Positions 21,024 to 33,722 of a stretch of DNA of 64,000 bases are shown piece after piece (the stretch's first letter is position 1; every line of letters starts with the position of its first letter). Origin of the DNA: an uncultured Clostridium sp. GTDB taxonomy: Bacteria > Bacillota > Clostridia > TANB77 > CAG-508. The notes beneath the pieces are model-generated. The model was not told the origin of the DNA and did not search any database. It saw nothing but the letters and a program-made list of their open reading frames with translations. The translations under genes were made by a program, and so were the position numbers. The stretch covers positions 43,047 through 107,046 of the forward strand of contig CAKNJR010000003.1 in the NCBI GenBank assembly GCA_930986425.1. The letters are read 5' to 3'.

Positions 21024-21941
21024 TTAGTCATTCAAATCTAAATCAGGTAAAACAGGGCAAACTCTCTTATATGAAGAGAAGCTATCTGCAAGTAAATACA
21101 TATGAGCTTTACGATTATAACTCAAAAAAGGAGAAATTTTGTCCTCTTTTTCCTTTACAATTTGCATAAACATTTTATACATATTATCAGAATTAATTAA
21201 AGGAATATTATTGCAAAAAGCTTCATAAAATTCATTCTGTAAATTCTTTAATATATCATATTGGCAATAAACTTCAAGAGAAGGATATAGTTTCATAGTA
21301 CGTATATCTCTATTTATTAATGAAGTTCTAGAAAAATTTTCTACATTATTGCAAAGATAAGCCGAAACATTTGCAAATCCTATCTTTTTACTTAATTCTA
21401 TAAGCCTAATAAGTACATCAGAATTATCATTAGAAAATTTAATAGAATTAAATATCTCTTTCTTAAATAATTTGCCACATACAGTATTACCAATAGATTT
21501 TCCTATAAGTAATTGCCTTATAGCATCTTCTGAAGATAAAGTAATTATAGTACTAGCATTGCTTTGAGCCATTCCAGGCGTGTAGCAAGAACACATTGAC
21601 ATATCTACTGGATAATTAGACATTATTTTATACAAATTCTCTATCATATCACTTTTAATTTTATCTGAACCATTAACAAAAGTAATATATTTTCCAGTAG
21701 CCATATCTAACCCAATATTTCTACTGTCTCCCAAACCAGAATGCATTCTGTGAACAATTTTCATTTTAGAACTAGTTAATACTAAATCATCGCAAATCTT
21801 ACCAGAACCGTCAGTAGAGCCATCATCTATTAATATAACTTCTAAATTTCTATATGTTTGTCCAATTATAGAAATAATACAATCTCTTAAATTTTTTTCA
21901 TTATTATAAATACTTACAATTACACTAATTAAATCATTCAT
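21024..21941 (-). CDS. Glycosyltransferase family 2 (degenerate DxD)
   Basis: LISVIVSIYN, IDDGSTDGS, RNIGLD.A.GKYITF. Confidence 0.8.
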   Translation of the reverse strand: MNDLISVIVSIYNNEKNLRDCIISIIGQTYRNLEVILIDDGSTDGSGKICDDLVLTSSKMKIVHRMHSGLGDSRNIGLDMATGKYITFVNGSDKIKSDMIENLYKIMSNYPVDMSMCSCYTPGMAQSNASTIITLSSEDAIRQLLIGKSIGNTVCGKLFKKEIFNSIKFSNDNSDVLIRLIELSKKIGFANVSAYLCNNVENFSRTSLINRDIRTMKLYPSLEVYCQYDILKNLQNEFYEAFCNNIPLINSDNMYKMFMQIVKEKEDKISPFLSYNRKAHMYLLADSFSSYKRVCPVLPDLDLND

Positions 21942-22232
21942 ATTTTTCTCCTTTTTAAAATACAAGTTTAATTGAAAAAGTTGAATATTTCAATCTAGCT
22001 TTTTAATTTGATAATTTAATTATATCAATATGCTAATAAATTTTAAAGTATATTAGTAGATTTTTTATTATATAGAAAAAATCAAGTTTTAAAAGCTTTG
22101 TATACAATTTTACATTCGTAAAATTGGTGCTCGAACAAAGATGTGGGCGATGTAGATTTTAAATAAGCAAAAAGTTTAATAAAGCCTGCTTTTGTTCTAA
22201 TACAAAAAATAAAAAAGAAAGGAAATATATTT

Positions 22233-23162
22233 ATGGCAAATAATAATAAAAATTTAAAACTATTAAAACCAAAGATAGACATAGTTTTTCAAAGCTTATT
22301 TAGCAAGAAAAATGAAAAAATAACGAAAGCATTTGCAGAAGCAATGTTAGATGAAAAAGTCAAGAAAATAACAATAAATGATGATAAAGAACTATTTAGA
22401 GAGAGACCAGAAGATAAGCTTGGAATATTAGACTTAGAATTAGATATCAACGACAGCGAAAAGGTGGATGTAGAAATACAATTAGTAGATAGGTCAAACA
22501 TACAAGAAAGATTATTATTTTATTTTTCAAAATTATACTATAATGAAGTAAAAAAAGGAGATGATTATAAAAAGGCTAAAAGAGTAGTTATGGTTGCGAT
22601 ATTAGATTATGATTTAGATTTAACTAAAGAAATAAAAAATATGGAAACAATATGGCAATTACGTGAAAAAAATGCAAGAGACCTTGTATTGACAGACAAA
22701 GTAGAAATAGCTATAATAGAATTGTCAAAAGTAAGGGCTGAATATGAAAAAAATAAGAAGAACAAAAAGGCACAATGGGCATTATTCATAGACGACCCTA
22801 ATACTAAGGAGGTCGAAGAGATTATGAAAGAGAATGAAGATATCGAAGAAGCCATAGTAACAGTACATAAAATGACAGAAGATGAAAAAATGAGAAGATT
22901 GGCAGATTTAAGAGAAAAGGCCATAATGGATGAAAAGGCAATCAGACGTAAAGGCTATGAAGATGGAAAGTCAAAAGGATTAGCAGAAGGACGTACTCAA
23001 GGACGTGAAGAAGGACGTGAAGAAGGTCGCGAAGAAGGACGCGAAGAGGGACGTTCTGAAAGTCAAAGAAATATAGCTAAAAAATTAAGAAATATGGGAA
23101 TGTCAATAAAAGATATAGAACAAATCACAGAGCTATCTAAAGAAGAGATAGAAAAGTTATAA
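22233..23162 (+). CDS. Rpn family recombination-promoting nuclease / PD-(D/E)XK putative transposase
   Basis: PKIDIVFQSLF, LDL...DVEIQ, RLLFYFSKLY, C-terminal EGREEG repeats and IAKKL...ITELS. Confidence 0.9.
   Translation: MANNNKNLKLLKPKIDIVFQSLFSKKNEKITKAFAEAMLDEKVKKITINDDKELFRERPEDKLGILDLELDINDSEKVDVEIQLVDRSNIQERLLFYFSKLYYNEVKKGDDYKKAKRVVMVAILDYDLDLTKEIKNMETIWQLREKNARDLVLTDKVEIAIIELSKVRAEYEKNKKNKKAQWALFIDDPNTKEVEEIMKENEDIEEAIVTVHKMTEDEKMRRLADLREKAIMDEKAIRRKGYEDGKSKGLAEGRTQGREEGREEGREEGREEGRSESQRNIAKKLRNMGMSIKDIEQITELSKEEIEKL
22985..23054 (+). repeat. 12-bp coding tandem repeat (gaagaaggacgt; GREE)
   Basis: About 5-6 degenerate units. Confidence 0.8.
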
Positions 23163-23296
23163 TTTTAATATTAGCAAAATCGCTCATATAATTACAAAAA
23201 CAGTAAGTAATTATATGAGCAATTTTTGTCTTGGAGCAATAAAACAATAAAAGGAAAAACTAGCCAATAATTTCACACAATTTTCACATAAATCAA

Positions 23297-23341
23297 TTGA
23301 CACAATAAAATATATTATATATAATAAATGACACAGTGTCA
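23297..23341 (+). promoter_or_regulatory. Sigma-A promoter with palindromic TetR-type operator
   Basis: TTGACA 23297, 17-nt spacer, TATAAT 23320; TGACAC-A-GTGTCA at 23329-23341. Confidence 0.7.
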
Positions 23342-23391
23342 CATCTAATATCGCTATATGACGCAAAAATTTGATGAGGAGGTGTGAAAAA

Positions 23392-23979
23392 ATGCCAAAA
23401 CAAACATTTCTAAATCTTCCAAAAGATAAAAAGCAAAAAATATTAGAAGCCGCAAAAAATGAATTTTCTAGAGTATCAGTTACTGAGGCCTCAATAAACA
23501 ATATTGTAACAGAAGCAAATATTGCAAGAGGAAGCTTTTACCAATACTTTGAAAGCAAGGAAGACCTACTTATATTTATGATAGACAAAGCAAGTGAAAG
23601 AGTCAAAGATAAAGTAAATGAAAAAATAAAAGAAAATGGAGACATTTTCGAAACATTTATTTTCTTTTATGACAAAATTGTAGAAACTTGCAAAGATAGT
23701 AATAATAAGATGTTTTATAGGACTGTTCTTGCAAACTTAAGAGCCAACGACAGCATAGTATTGGGTAAAGCAAAAGAAGAAATATACAATTCTTTAATTA
23801 AAAATACTGATACAAGTAATTTCAAAAGCAAAAAAGATTTACCAATTTTAATAGAAATGTTAAGTGCAATAACAAGATGGGCAATAATTCAAACAGTAAC
23901 ATCAAATAATGTAGTTGATATAAGAGAAAAATACATAAAACAAATTGAATATGTAAAAAACGGTATAGTAAAAAGTTAA
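23392..23979 (+). CDS. TetR/AcrR family regulator
   Basis: MPKQTFLNL...IARGSFYQYFESKEDL. Confidence 0.92.
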   Translation: MPKQTFLNLPKDKKQKILEAAKNEFSRVSVTEASINNIVTEANIARGSFYQYFESKEDLLIFMIDKASERVKDKVNEKIKENGDIFETFIFFYDKIVETCKDSNNKMFYRTVLANLRANDSIVLGKAKEEIYNSLIKNTDTSNFKSKKDLPILIEMLSAITRWAIIQTVTSNNVVDIREKYIKQIEYVKNGIVKS

Positions 23980-24075
23980 AAATGAAAGGAGGGACATAAT
24001 ATTGACTATGATTAAAATTCAAAGATAAAATCTTCGAATTACAAATTATATAAGTCAATAAATTATGATGACATT

Positions 24076-26259
24076 ATGCTAAAAATTTTAAAAAACTTAA
24101 AAGAATCAATTTTACTAGTAATAGCAATCATTATTTTATTATGTATTCAAGCTGCAGCAGATTTAAACCTACCAGATTTTACATCTAGAATAGTAAATGT
24201 TGGTATTCAACAGGGAGGTATAGAATATGCTGTGCCAGAAGCAATTAAAGCGAGCGAATTAGAAAACTTAATGTACTTTACAGAAAGTGATGATGAAATA
24301 CAAAGTTACTATGAGCTAATGGAGAAAACAGATGAAAATCTAGAAGAATATCCAGAATTGCAAAACCAAGATATCTATGAATTAAAGGACATTTCAACTG
24401 ATGAAAAAGAACATTTAGAAAGCTTAATGGCTAAGCCATTGGCAGTACTATATCAATTAGAAAATGAGGAAACAGCAAATATTGACTTGATTAAACAAAT
24501 GCCAGAAGCACAAAGAACAGCTGTATTAGAACAAATTAATTCTACAATAAATTCAATGTCAGATTCAATTATAGAGCAAGCTGGTATTCAAGCTGTAAAG
24601 AGTGAATATGCATCTATTGGTATGGATTTAGACAAAATTCAAAACAACTATATTCTTATAGTTGGATTACAAATGGCAGGAGTAGCATTAATTAGTATGC
24701 TTTCAGCTGTAACAATAATGTTCTTATCATCAAGAGTTGCAGCAAGACTAGGAAGAACTTTAAGAGAAAAATTATTCAAAAAAGTATTAAGCTTTTCAAC
24801 AGCTGAATTTAATCAATTCTCAACAGCATCATTAATTACAAGAAGTACGAACGATGTACAACAAATACAACAATTAATAACAATGTTGTTTAGGGTATTA
24901 GTGTATGCACCTATAATAGGAATAGGAGGAGTTATAAGGGTTATAAGAACAGGTACTCTTTCTATGGCGTGGGTTATAGCTTTAGCAGTTATACTTATTA
25001 TGGCAGTAGTTTTAGTATTATTTATTGTAGCAATGCCTAAATTTAGAAAAATGCAAGATTTAATAGATAGATTAAACTTAGTAGCAAGAGAAATCTTAAC
25101 AGGTTTACCAGTAATAAGAGCATTTAATACACAAAAAAGAGAAGAGAAAAGATTTGATGAAGCAAATACAAACTTAATGAAAAACAGTGTATTTGTAAAT
25201 AAGGCAATGAGCTTAATGATGCCAGCAATGATGTTTATAATGCAAGCAATAATGATATTAATTATTTGGGTTGGTGGACATAGTATTGATGAAGGTATAA
25301 TGCAAGTTGGAGACATGATGGCTTTCTTACAATACACAATGCAAATTGTAATGGCATTCTTAATGATTTCAATTATTTCAATACTATTACCAAGAGCATC
25401 AGTATCAGCAAATCGTATTAATGAAGTATTAGAAACAGAACCTCAAATAAAAGATAAACCAGAAAATGAACAAGCTAAATTTGATGAAAGCAAAAAAGGA
25501 TTGGTAGAATTTAAAAATGTTTCATTTAGATATCCAGATGCAGATACAGAGATACTTGAAGATATAGACTTTACAGCTGAAGCTGGAAAAACAACTGCTA
25601 TTATAGGAAGTACAGGTAGTGGTAAATCAACTTTAGTAAATTTAATACCAAGATTTTATGATGTAACAGGAGGAGAACTACTAGTTGATGGTGTAAATAT
25701 TAAAGATGTATCACAAAAAGATTTAAGAAGCAGAATTGGATTTGTACCACAAAAAGGAGTATTATTCTCAGGAACAATAGAATCAAATATTAAATATGGT
25801 AAAGATGATATATCTGATGAAGAAATGAAAAAAGCAGCATCAATTGCTCAAGCAACAGAATTCATCGAAAAGAAAGAAGATAAATATAATTCACCAATAG
25901 CACAAGGCGGAAACAACGTGTCTGGTGGACAAAAACAACGTTTATCAATTGCGAGAGCATTAGCAATAGACCCAGAAATATACGTATTTGATGATAGCTT
26001 CTCAGCATTAGATTTAAAAACAGATAAAGCATTAAGAGAAGCATTAAATGAACAAACAGAAAACAAAACTGTAATAATAGTTGCACAAAGAATTAGTACA
26101 ATAATGAATGCAGACAAAATAATAGTTCTTGAAGAAGGAAAAATAGTAGGAAAAGGTACTCACGAAGAATTATTAAAGAACTGCGAAACATATAGACAAA
26201 TAGCTTTATCACAATTATCAGAAGAAGAGCTAAACAATACTAAACGGAAAGGAAGGTGA
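24076..26259 (+). CDS. ABC exporter ATP-binding/permease subunit 1
   Basis: TM domain, GSTGSGKS, SGGQKQR, FDDSFSALD; in-frame CGG near the 3' end. Confidence 0.93.
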   Translation: MLKILKNLKESILLVIAIIILLCIQAAADLNLPDFTSRIVNVGIQQGGIEYAVPEAIKASELENLMYFTESDDEIQSYYELMEKTDENLEEYPELQNQDIYELKDISTDEKEHLESLMAKPLAVLYQLENEETANIDLIKQMPEAQRTAVLEQINSTINSMSDSIIEQAGIQAVKSEYASIGMDLDKIQNNYILIVGLQMAGVALISMLSAVTIMFLSSRVAARLGRTLREKLFKKVLSFSTAEFNQFSTASLITRSTNDVQQIQQLITMLFRVLVYAPIIGIGGVIRVIRTGTLSMAWVIALAVILIMAVVLVLFIVAMPKFRKMQDLIDRLNLVAREILTGLPVIRAFNTQKREEKRFDEANTNLMKNSVFVNKAMSLMMPAMMFIMQAIMILIIWVGGHSIDEGIMQVGDMMAFLQYTMQIVMAFLMISIISILLPRASVSANRINEVLETEPQIKDKPENEQAKFDESKKGLVEFKNVSFRYPDADTEILEDIDFTAEAGKTTAIIGSTGSGKSTLVNLIPRFYDVTGGELLVDGVNIKDVSQKDLRSRIGFVPQKGVLFSGTIESNIKYGKDDISDEEMKKAASIAQATEFIEKKEDKYNSPIAQGGNNVSGGQKQRLSIARALAIDPEIYVFDDSFSALDLKTDKALREALNEQTENKTVIIVAQRISTIMNADKIIVLEEGKIVGKGTHEELLKNCETYRQIALSQLSEEELNNTKRKGR

Positions 26260-26264
26260 GTAGC

Positions 26265-28094
26265 ATGCCGGGACCAATGGGAGGAATGAGAGGTGGCTCA
26301 AATAAGACACCTGAAAAAGCAAAAGACTTTACAGGAACCGTAAAAAAATTAATAAAAAATTATTTGGCACCATATAAATGGCAAATAATAATAGTATTAA
26401 TATTTTCTATTGGAAGTACAATATTTTCAATAGTTGGACCTAAAATACTAGGTAATGCTACTACTGAAATATATAATGGACTTATAAGCAAATTGTCTGG
26501 AGGAAGTGGAATAAACTTTGAAGCAATCGCTAATATACTAATTACACTTTTAGTGTTATATGTAATAAGTATGGCATTTTCAGCAATTCAAGGATTTGTA
26601 ATGACAAATGTCGCCCAAAAAGTCAGCTATAAAGTACGTAATGATTTAGTAGCTAAAATAAACAAACTACCAATGAAATTCTTTGATAAAAGAACAAATG
26701 GTGAAGTATTATCAGTAATTTCAAATGATGTTGATATGCTTTCACAAAACTTAAATCAAAGTATTACGCAAATCATTACTGCAATATGTACAGTAATTGG
26801 AATATTAATAATGATGTTATCAATAAGCTGGAAAATGACAATAATAGCAGTATTAATACTTCCTGTAACAGTATTTGTAGTAAGTAAAATTGCAAAAAAA
26901 TCACAAAAATATTTCAAAGCTCAACAAGACCACTTAGGATACTTAGATGGTCAAGTAGAAGAAATATATGGTGGACAGTTAATTGTAAAAGCTTTCAACA
27001 GTCAAGAAAAAGTATTAAAAGCTTTTAAAGAAGAAAATGATAACCTATATAATTCAGGATGGAAATCTCAATTTTTATCAGGATTGATGCATCCAATTAT
27101 GAACTTTATTGGCAATATTGCATATGTAGGAGTTGCAATACTTGGTGGATACTTAGCAGCACAAGGACAAATTACAGTTGGTAATATCCAATCATTTATA
27201 CAATACATGAGACAATTTACACAACCTATATCTCAAATAGCTCAAATATCTGGAATGCTTCAAACAATGGTTGCATCAGCAGAAAGAGTATTTGAATTCT
27301 TAGATGAGAAAGAAGAAGTACAAGAAATTGCAAATCCAAAGAGGGCAGAAGGACTTAAAGGAAATGTTAAGTTTGACCATGTAGAATTTGGATATGATGA
27401 TGACAATATAATAATTCATGATTTTAATGCAGATGTTCATGATGGACAAAAAATTGCAATTGTTGGACCAACAGGAGCAGGAAAAACAACAATGGTTAAA
27501 CTTTTAATGAGATTCTATGATGTAAATTCTGGAGGAATATATGTTGATGGAAACAATATAAAAGATTTCAACCGTGGTGATTTAAGAAAAATGTTCGGAA
27601 TGGTACTTCAAGACACATGGTTATTCAGTGGTTCAATAAAGGATAATATACGTTACGGAAAACCAGATGCAACTCTTGCAGAAGTAATTGAAGCAGCAAA
27701 AGCTGCCCATGTACATCATTTCATTAAAACATTACCAAACTCTTATGATATGGTACTTAATGAAGAAACATCAAATATATCTGCCGGACAAAAACAACTT
27801 TTAACAATAGCACGTGTAATACTTGCAGACCCTAAGATTCTAATTCTAGATGAAGCAACATCAAGTATAGACACTAGAACAGAAATACAAATTCAATCAG
27901 CAATGGATAATTTAATGAAAGGTAGAACAAGTTTCATAATTGCTCATAGATTATCTACAATAAAAAATGCAGACTTAATACTAGTTATGGAGCACGGCGA
28001 CATTGTTGAGCAAGGAAATCATGAAGAATTACTTGCTAAAAATGGAGCTTATGCTAGACTATATAACTCACAATTTGATGAGGAAGAAGAGTAA
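26265..28094 (+). CDS. ABC exporter ATP-binding/permease subunit 2
   Basis: GPTGAGKT, SAGQKQL, LDEATS, IAHRLST. Confidence 0.93.
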   Translation: MPGPMGGMRGGSNKTPEKAKDFTGTVKKLIKNYLAPYKWQIIIVLIFSIGSTIFSIVGPKILGNATTEIYNGLISKLSGGSGINFEAIANILITLLVLYVISMAFSAIQGFVMTNVAQKVSYKVRNDLVAKINKLPMKFFDKRTNGEVLSVISNDVDMLSQNLNQSITQIITAICTVIGILIMMLSISWKMTIIAVLILPVTVFVVSKIAKKSQKYFKAQQDHLGYLDGQVEEIYGGQLIVKAFNSQEKVLKAFKEENDNLYNSGWKSQFLSGLMHPIMNFIGNIAYVGVAILGGYLAAQGQITVGNIQSFIQYMRQFTQPISQIAQISGMLQTMVASAERVFEFLDEKEEVQEIANPKRAEGLKGNVKFDHVEFGYDDDNIIIHDFNADVHDGQKIAIVGPTGAGKTTMVKLLMRFYDVNSGGIYVDGNNIKDFNRGDLRKMFGMVLQDTWLFSGSIKDNIRYGKPDATLAEVIEAAKAAHVHHFIKTLPNSYDMVLNEETSNISAGQKQLLTIARVILADPKILILDEATSSIDTRTEIQIQSAMDNLMKGRTSFIIAHRLSTIKNADLILVMEHGDIVEQGNHEELLAKNGAYARLYNSQFDEEEE

Positions 28095-28213
28095 AATTAA
28101 TGAAAAATAATGTCGTAAAATATTAAAGAAATTTTTGTAAATATAATTGACCGAAACGAATAAAAGGCATATAATTAAAGTTACCATTTGCTGGATAACT
28201 AGGAGGAATCTTT

Positions 28214-28684
28214 ATGATTGAAAACAGCTTTTTAGCAGACGAATCAACATTCCGGAACAAAATAGTCACAGTCTCCTCTTGCGGATTTCCCGTGAGAGTG
28301 CAGATAAAAGACGTTAACGAAATCAACGCATCAATAGACCGCGAGGAGGGCGTGTTACAAATCTCTTTGGATAATGAATACATCAGTTGTTTATTCTACT
28401 CGAAAAAAGACTATGGAACAGTAGGAAAATATAAAATAGGAGAGGATGAAACACCAGAAAAAGATAGCGTACTGGAACTAGTGGTTTCAAGCCGGGTTAA
28501 GCAGATTATAGTAGCCAACGCCAAATATACTATGACTGCCGAATTGGACGAAAAGAAAATCAAAGTGGTATTTTGGGAGAATAGCAGGTTACAAGTGTAC
28601 AAGTACGAAGGCGTTCCAACCGTAATTTCATCTGGAGAAGCTTTCAACATGGAACTTAAAGAAGGAGGCTTAATAGCTTTATAA
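28214..28684 (+). CDS. Hypothetical protein
   Basis: AGGAGG SD; higher GC; terminator hairpin at 28742-28787. Confidence 0.65.
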   Translation: MIENSFLADESTFRNKIVTVSSCGFPVRVQIKDVNEINASIDREEGVLQISLDNEYISCLFYSKKDYGTVGKYKIGEDETPEKDSVLELVVSSRVKQIIVANAKYTMTAELDEKKIKVVFWENSRLQVYKYEGVPTVISSGEAFNMELKEGGLIAL

Positions 28685-28890
28685 AAAAGTTGTCCGAAAG
28701 ATTACTTTTAGAAAACAAAAAACGAGACTTCGTTTATATAAAACCGGGAACCCCATTACTCTAAAAGAGTGATGGGGATTTCCGGTTAAATACAAAACAA
28801 ATTACAAAATGAAAAAACAAATTTAAAAATAAGTATAGACTTTTTATCAAACTTGTGCTAATATAATAATTGTCAAAATTAATCAAATAT

Positions 28891-28973
28891 GCCGTTGTGG
28901 CGAAATTGGTATACGCACAGCACTCAAAATGCTGCGAGAAATCATGTGGGTTCGAGTCCCACCAACGGCACCA
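28891..28973 (+). tRNA. tRNA-Leu (CAA)
   Basis: Cloverleaf with long variable arm; cagca-ctCAAaa-tgctg; encoded CCA. Confidence 0.95.
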
Positions 28974-29103
28974 ATGACGTTTCTGTTCGAACTTTTATAG
29001 AACAGAATTGATACAAAATCAATCAGAAAATAAAATCTGGTTGATTTTTTTGTTGTCTATAAACAATATGAAAATCATCCAAACGAAAGGATGGTGTGAA
29101 AAA

Positions 29104-29373
29104 ATGAAGATTATTAAGCAAGAATTACAATTTGAGAAATGTCTAAAACAGAGAATTGAATTTATATGTGAATTTTCTAAAATTACTCCTACTTTTATTA
29201 ATGGTAGTATTAGAAAAATTGAAAAAACTAATCTCACATATATTGAACCACATAGAGTAATAATTAAAGATATTACATTCTTAGTTTTTAATTATTCAAA
29301 TGATGTGTATATTTCTAATTTATATAAGAAGATTAAATTATCTGAATTAGAAGAATATATAAAAAGAATATAA
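29104..29373 (+). CDS. Hypothetical protein (element)
   Basis: ORF with GGTG SD before ATG 29104. Confidence 0.55.
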   Translation: MKIIKQELQFEKCLKQRIEFICEFSKITPTFINGSIRKIEKTNLTYIEPHRVIIKDITFLVFNYSNDVYISNLYKKIKLSELEEYIKRI

Positions 29374-29539
29374 ATACCAGTATTTGACATTTCTTAAAAT
29401 TATGGTATAATGTCTTATGTAAACATTCTAGTTTATTAGGAGATGATTATATGATTTTGAAAAAAATGGATTTTAAAATAGAAATTTTACAGAGATGTCA
29501 TTAGTATTAATTTGTACTTTTGATGTCTTTTTTTGTTAG

Positions 29540-31474
<1,935 letters not shown>

Positions 31475-31628
31475 TTGTTGCAACTATTACTTATATATTT
31501 TCTTTGTTGCAACAATCAAATTAACGTGGCACGTTTTGTTTTTGCAATTAGCAAAAATGAAAGTGGCGATAGTTAATTTGGATAAAATTTATCTATGAAA
31601 GATAAATTTTATTGCCTCGCAGAGCCCC

Positions 31629-31690
31629 CGAGTTTTGATAGCATGTCAAAACTCATAGGGGGTTAGGACTTATGACATGGTCAAAGTCCT
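31629..31690 (+). other. Putative oriT (RSA-like) for the MobV relaxase
   Basis: Two inverted repeats around ATAGGGGGTTAG, immediately upstream of the relaxase. Confidence 0.6.
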
Positions 31691-31756
31691 GTAAAAAATA
31701 CTTCGTATTTTTATGGAGCCTTCGGCTTAAAAAGAATCTTCAAGGAGGTGCTTTTG

Positions 31757-33145
31757 ATGGAACAAGAATTAGCATATTCATTTCACTTAGGTAGTGATAA
31801 AAACAAAAGTAAATTAGCCAAAAGAGTATCAAAAGATAATGTATCTGGTACTACTTCTCTTTCCAATAATGCTATTCAAAATGCAAACGATTTATCTAGA
31901 GTTAATAAGCATAATTTAAGAGATTATGATAAAAATAAAGAATTAATTAAAGTAATTTATGGTACAGATAATATTATAACTGATGTAAAAGATTTGTATT
32001 TAAAAGAATTTGAAGAAGCAAAGATAGATTATAACAATAAGCAAAGTCGTGAAGATAGAAAAATAAAAAACTACTTCCAAAAAGTATGTGAATCTCAAAA
32101 CGATATAGCTTGTGAAATTATAATAGAACTTGGAGATATGGATTTCTGGAATGATAAAGACCAAGAATATAGATTGAAAATGATTGATGTATATAATGAA
32201 CAAATAAAGGATTTAACTAAAATTGTACCAACTTTTAAAATAGCAAATGCTACAATACATTTTGATGAAACCTCTCCCCATATGCACATTATTGGTGTTC
32301 CTATTATAGAAAACTGTACAAGAGGTATGAAAAAACAAGTTGGAAAATCTAAATTATTTACAAAAGAGTCTTTAACTGAAATACAAGATAAAATGAGGAA
32401 TACTTGTATAAAATCTTTTAATAAGTTTTATGATATAGACTTTAAATTAAAAGAAAAACAAAAAGGCAGAAATCAAGATATAAGTGTAAATGATATGAAG
32501 AATTATAAAAAAATTAAGAAACAGTTGGACAAGAACGCACAAAAACTTGCAGAGGCAAATAATCAAACAGAAAAATTAGCTAATAGCAGTAAAGATATAA
32601 ATTCAATATTAGATAAACTAAAACCATCTAAACTTAATAAAAATAATAATCTTATTTCAAACGAGGATGTTGAAAAAATCAAAAATTTTACAAAAGATGT
32701 AAAAGATATTACTAAAACAGTTAGAAGTGTAAATGACTTAAATATATCTATTAAAGAATTTGAACATAGTTCTTTTGAAATAGCACAAGAAAATTCTTCA
32801 CTAAAATATCAATTAGAGTTAAAAACTGATGAAATTGATAAATTGAAAAAAGATTTATCTGCTAAAGATAAAATTATTGGTAAATTACAAGCGGAAAAAG
32901 AAAAAATAAAACAAGAATTAAAGAAATTTAAAGACTTTTGGTATAGAATTATGGGACATTTTCATAAAAGAATTTGCTATGATAAAGATGAAAATTATAA
33001 AATAGTAAGTGATGACTTGTATAAAAAAGGAATATTTGATGATAACGACAATGAAATTGCAAATAATATTGCTAGGAAAGTAACTATGCCAGATGAAAAT
33101 AAGCAAACAAAAAGTAAAAAGAGAAATAATGATATCGGATTTTAA
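31757..33145 (+). CDS. MobV/Pre family relaxase
   Basis: HNLR motif, HFDETSPHMH HUH motif, coiled-coil C-terminus. Confidence 0.88.
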   Translation: MEQELAYSFHLGSDKNKSKLAKRVSKDNVSGTTSLSNNAIQNANDLSRVNKHNLRDYDKNKELIKVIYGTDNIITDVKDLYLKEFEEAKIDYNNKQSREDRKIKNYFQKVCESQNDIACEIIIELGDMDFWNDKDQEYRLKMIDVYNEQIKDLTKIVPTFKIANATIHFDETSPHMHIIGVPIIENCTRGMKKQVGKSKLFTKESLTEIQDKMRNTCIKSFNKFYDIDFKLKEKQKGRNQDISVNDMKNYKKIKKQLDKNAQKLAEANNQTEKLANSSKDINSILDKLKPSKLNKNNNLISNEDVEKIKNFTKDVKDITKTVRSVNDLNISIKEFEHSSFEIAQENSSLKYQLELKTDEIDKLKKDLSAKDKIIGKLQAEKEKIKQELKKFKDFWYRIMGHFHKRICYDKDENYKIVSDDLYKKGIFDDNDNEIANNIARKVTMPDENKQTKSKKRNNDIGF

Positions 33146-33159
33146 AAGGAGAAAAAATT

Positions 33160-33549
33160 ATGAATAAAGAATTAGCGAAAACAAAAATAGATGAAAGAAC
33201 AGGTATTGAATATCGTTTAGAGGGAGATTATTATATACCAAATATAGTAGTACCAAAAGAAGAAAAAATGGTTTTAAATAAATATGGTAGAATGAGATTA
33301 AAATATCTAAAAGAACACAAAAAGGCTGATTATACTATAATGCTCATAAATGGTACTTTAAATACTCATTTAAAAGAAATACAAGAAACAACTCAAACGA
33401 GAGTGAATCAGATAATTGACCAACTGAAAGAAAAAAGTGATTTGACAGAAAATATGAAAAATACAGATATGCTTTATTGGGTTGGTACAATGAACTCGAT
33501 TAAGGCTCAAGCAGAAGAAATTGTTTTTAACGAATTGATATATGTATAG
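33160..33549 (+). CDS. tnpV: TnpV family protein
   Basis: GDYYIPN...KYGRMRLKYLKEH...WVGTMNSIKAQAEEIV. Confidence 0.85.
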   Translation: MNKELAKTKIDERTGIEYRLEGDYYIPNIVVPKEEKMVLNKYGRMRLKYLKEHKKADYTIMLINGTLNTHLKEIQETTQTRVNQIIDQLKEKSDLTENMKNTDMLYWVGTMNSIKAQAEEIVFNELIYV

Positions 33550-33722
33550 AAATTGATATAAGCGAATGAAAAAAATTTTCATTCGCCTTTAGTTTTACAA
33601 TAATTTGTTATTTTTTACTTTTTTATTCCAAGATTTTTGATTATATTTTTGGTATCACATACATATTGTTATATTGTAATGAAGAAAAAGCAATGTACTT
33701 TTTAAGTATTATTAATTGCCTC

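Noticed and set aside
22985-23054. CRISPR-like or non-coding repeat
   Set aside because: In-frame coding tandem repeat typical of Rpn proteins
28214-28684. Further CGG frameshift sites (28253; also 47065 and the 53442-53816 ORF)
   Set aside because: The +1 frame hits a stop quickly while frame 0 stays open; these are counter-examples showing CGG is not always a shift site, or that these genes are foreign
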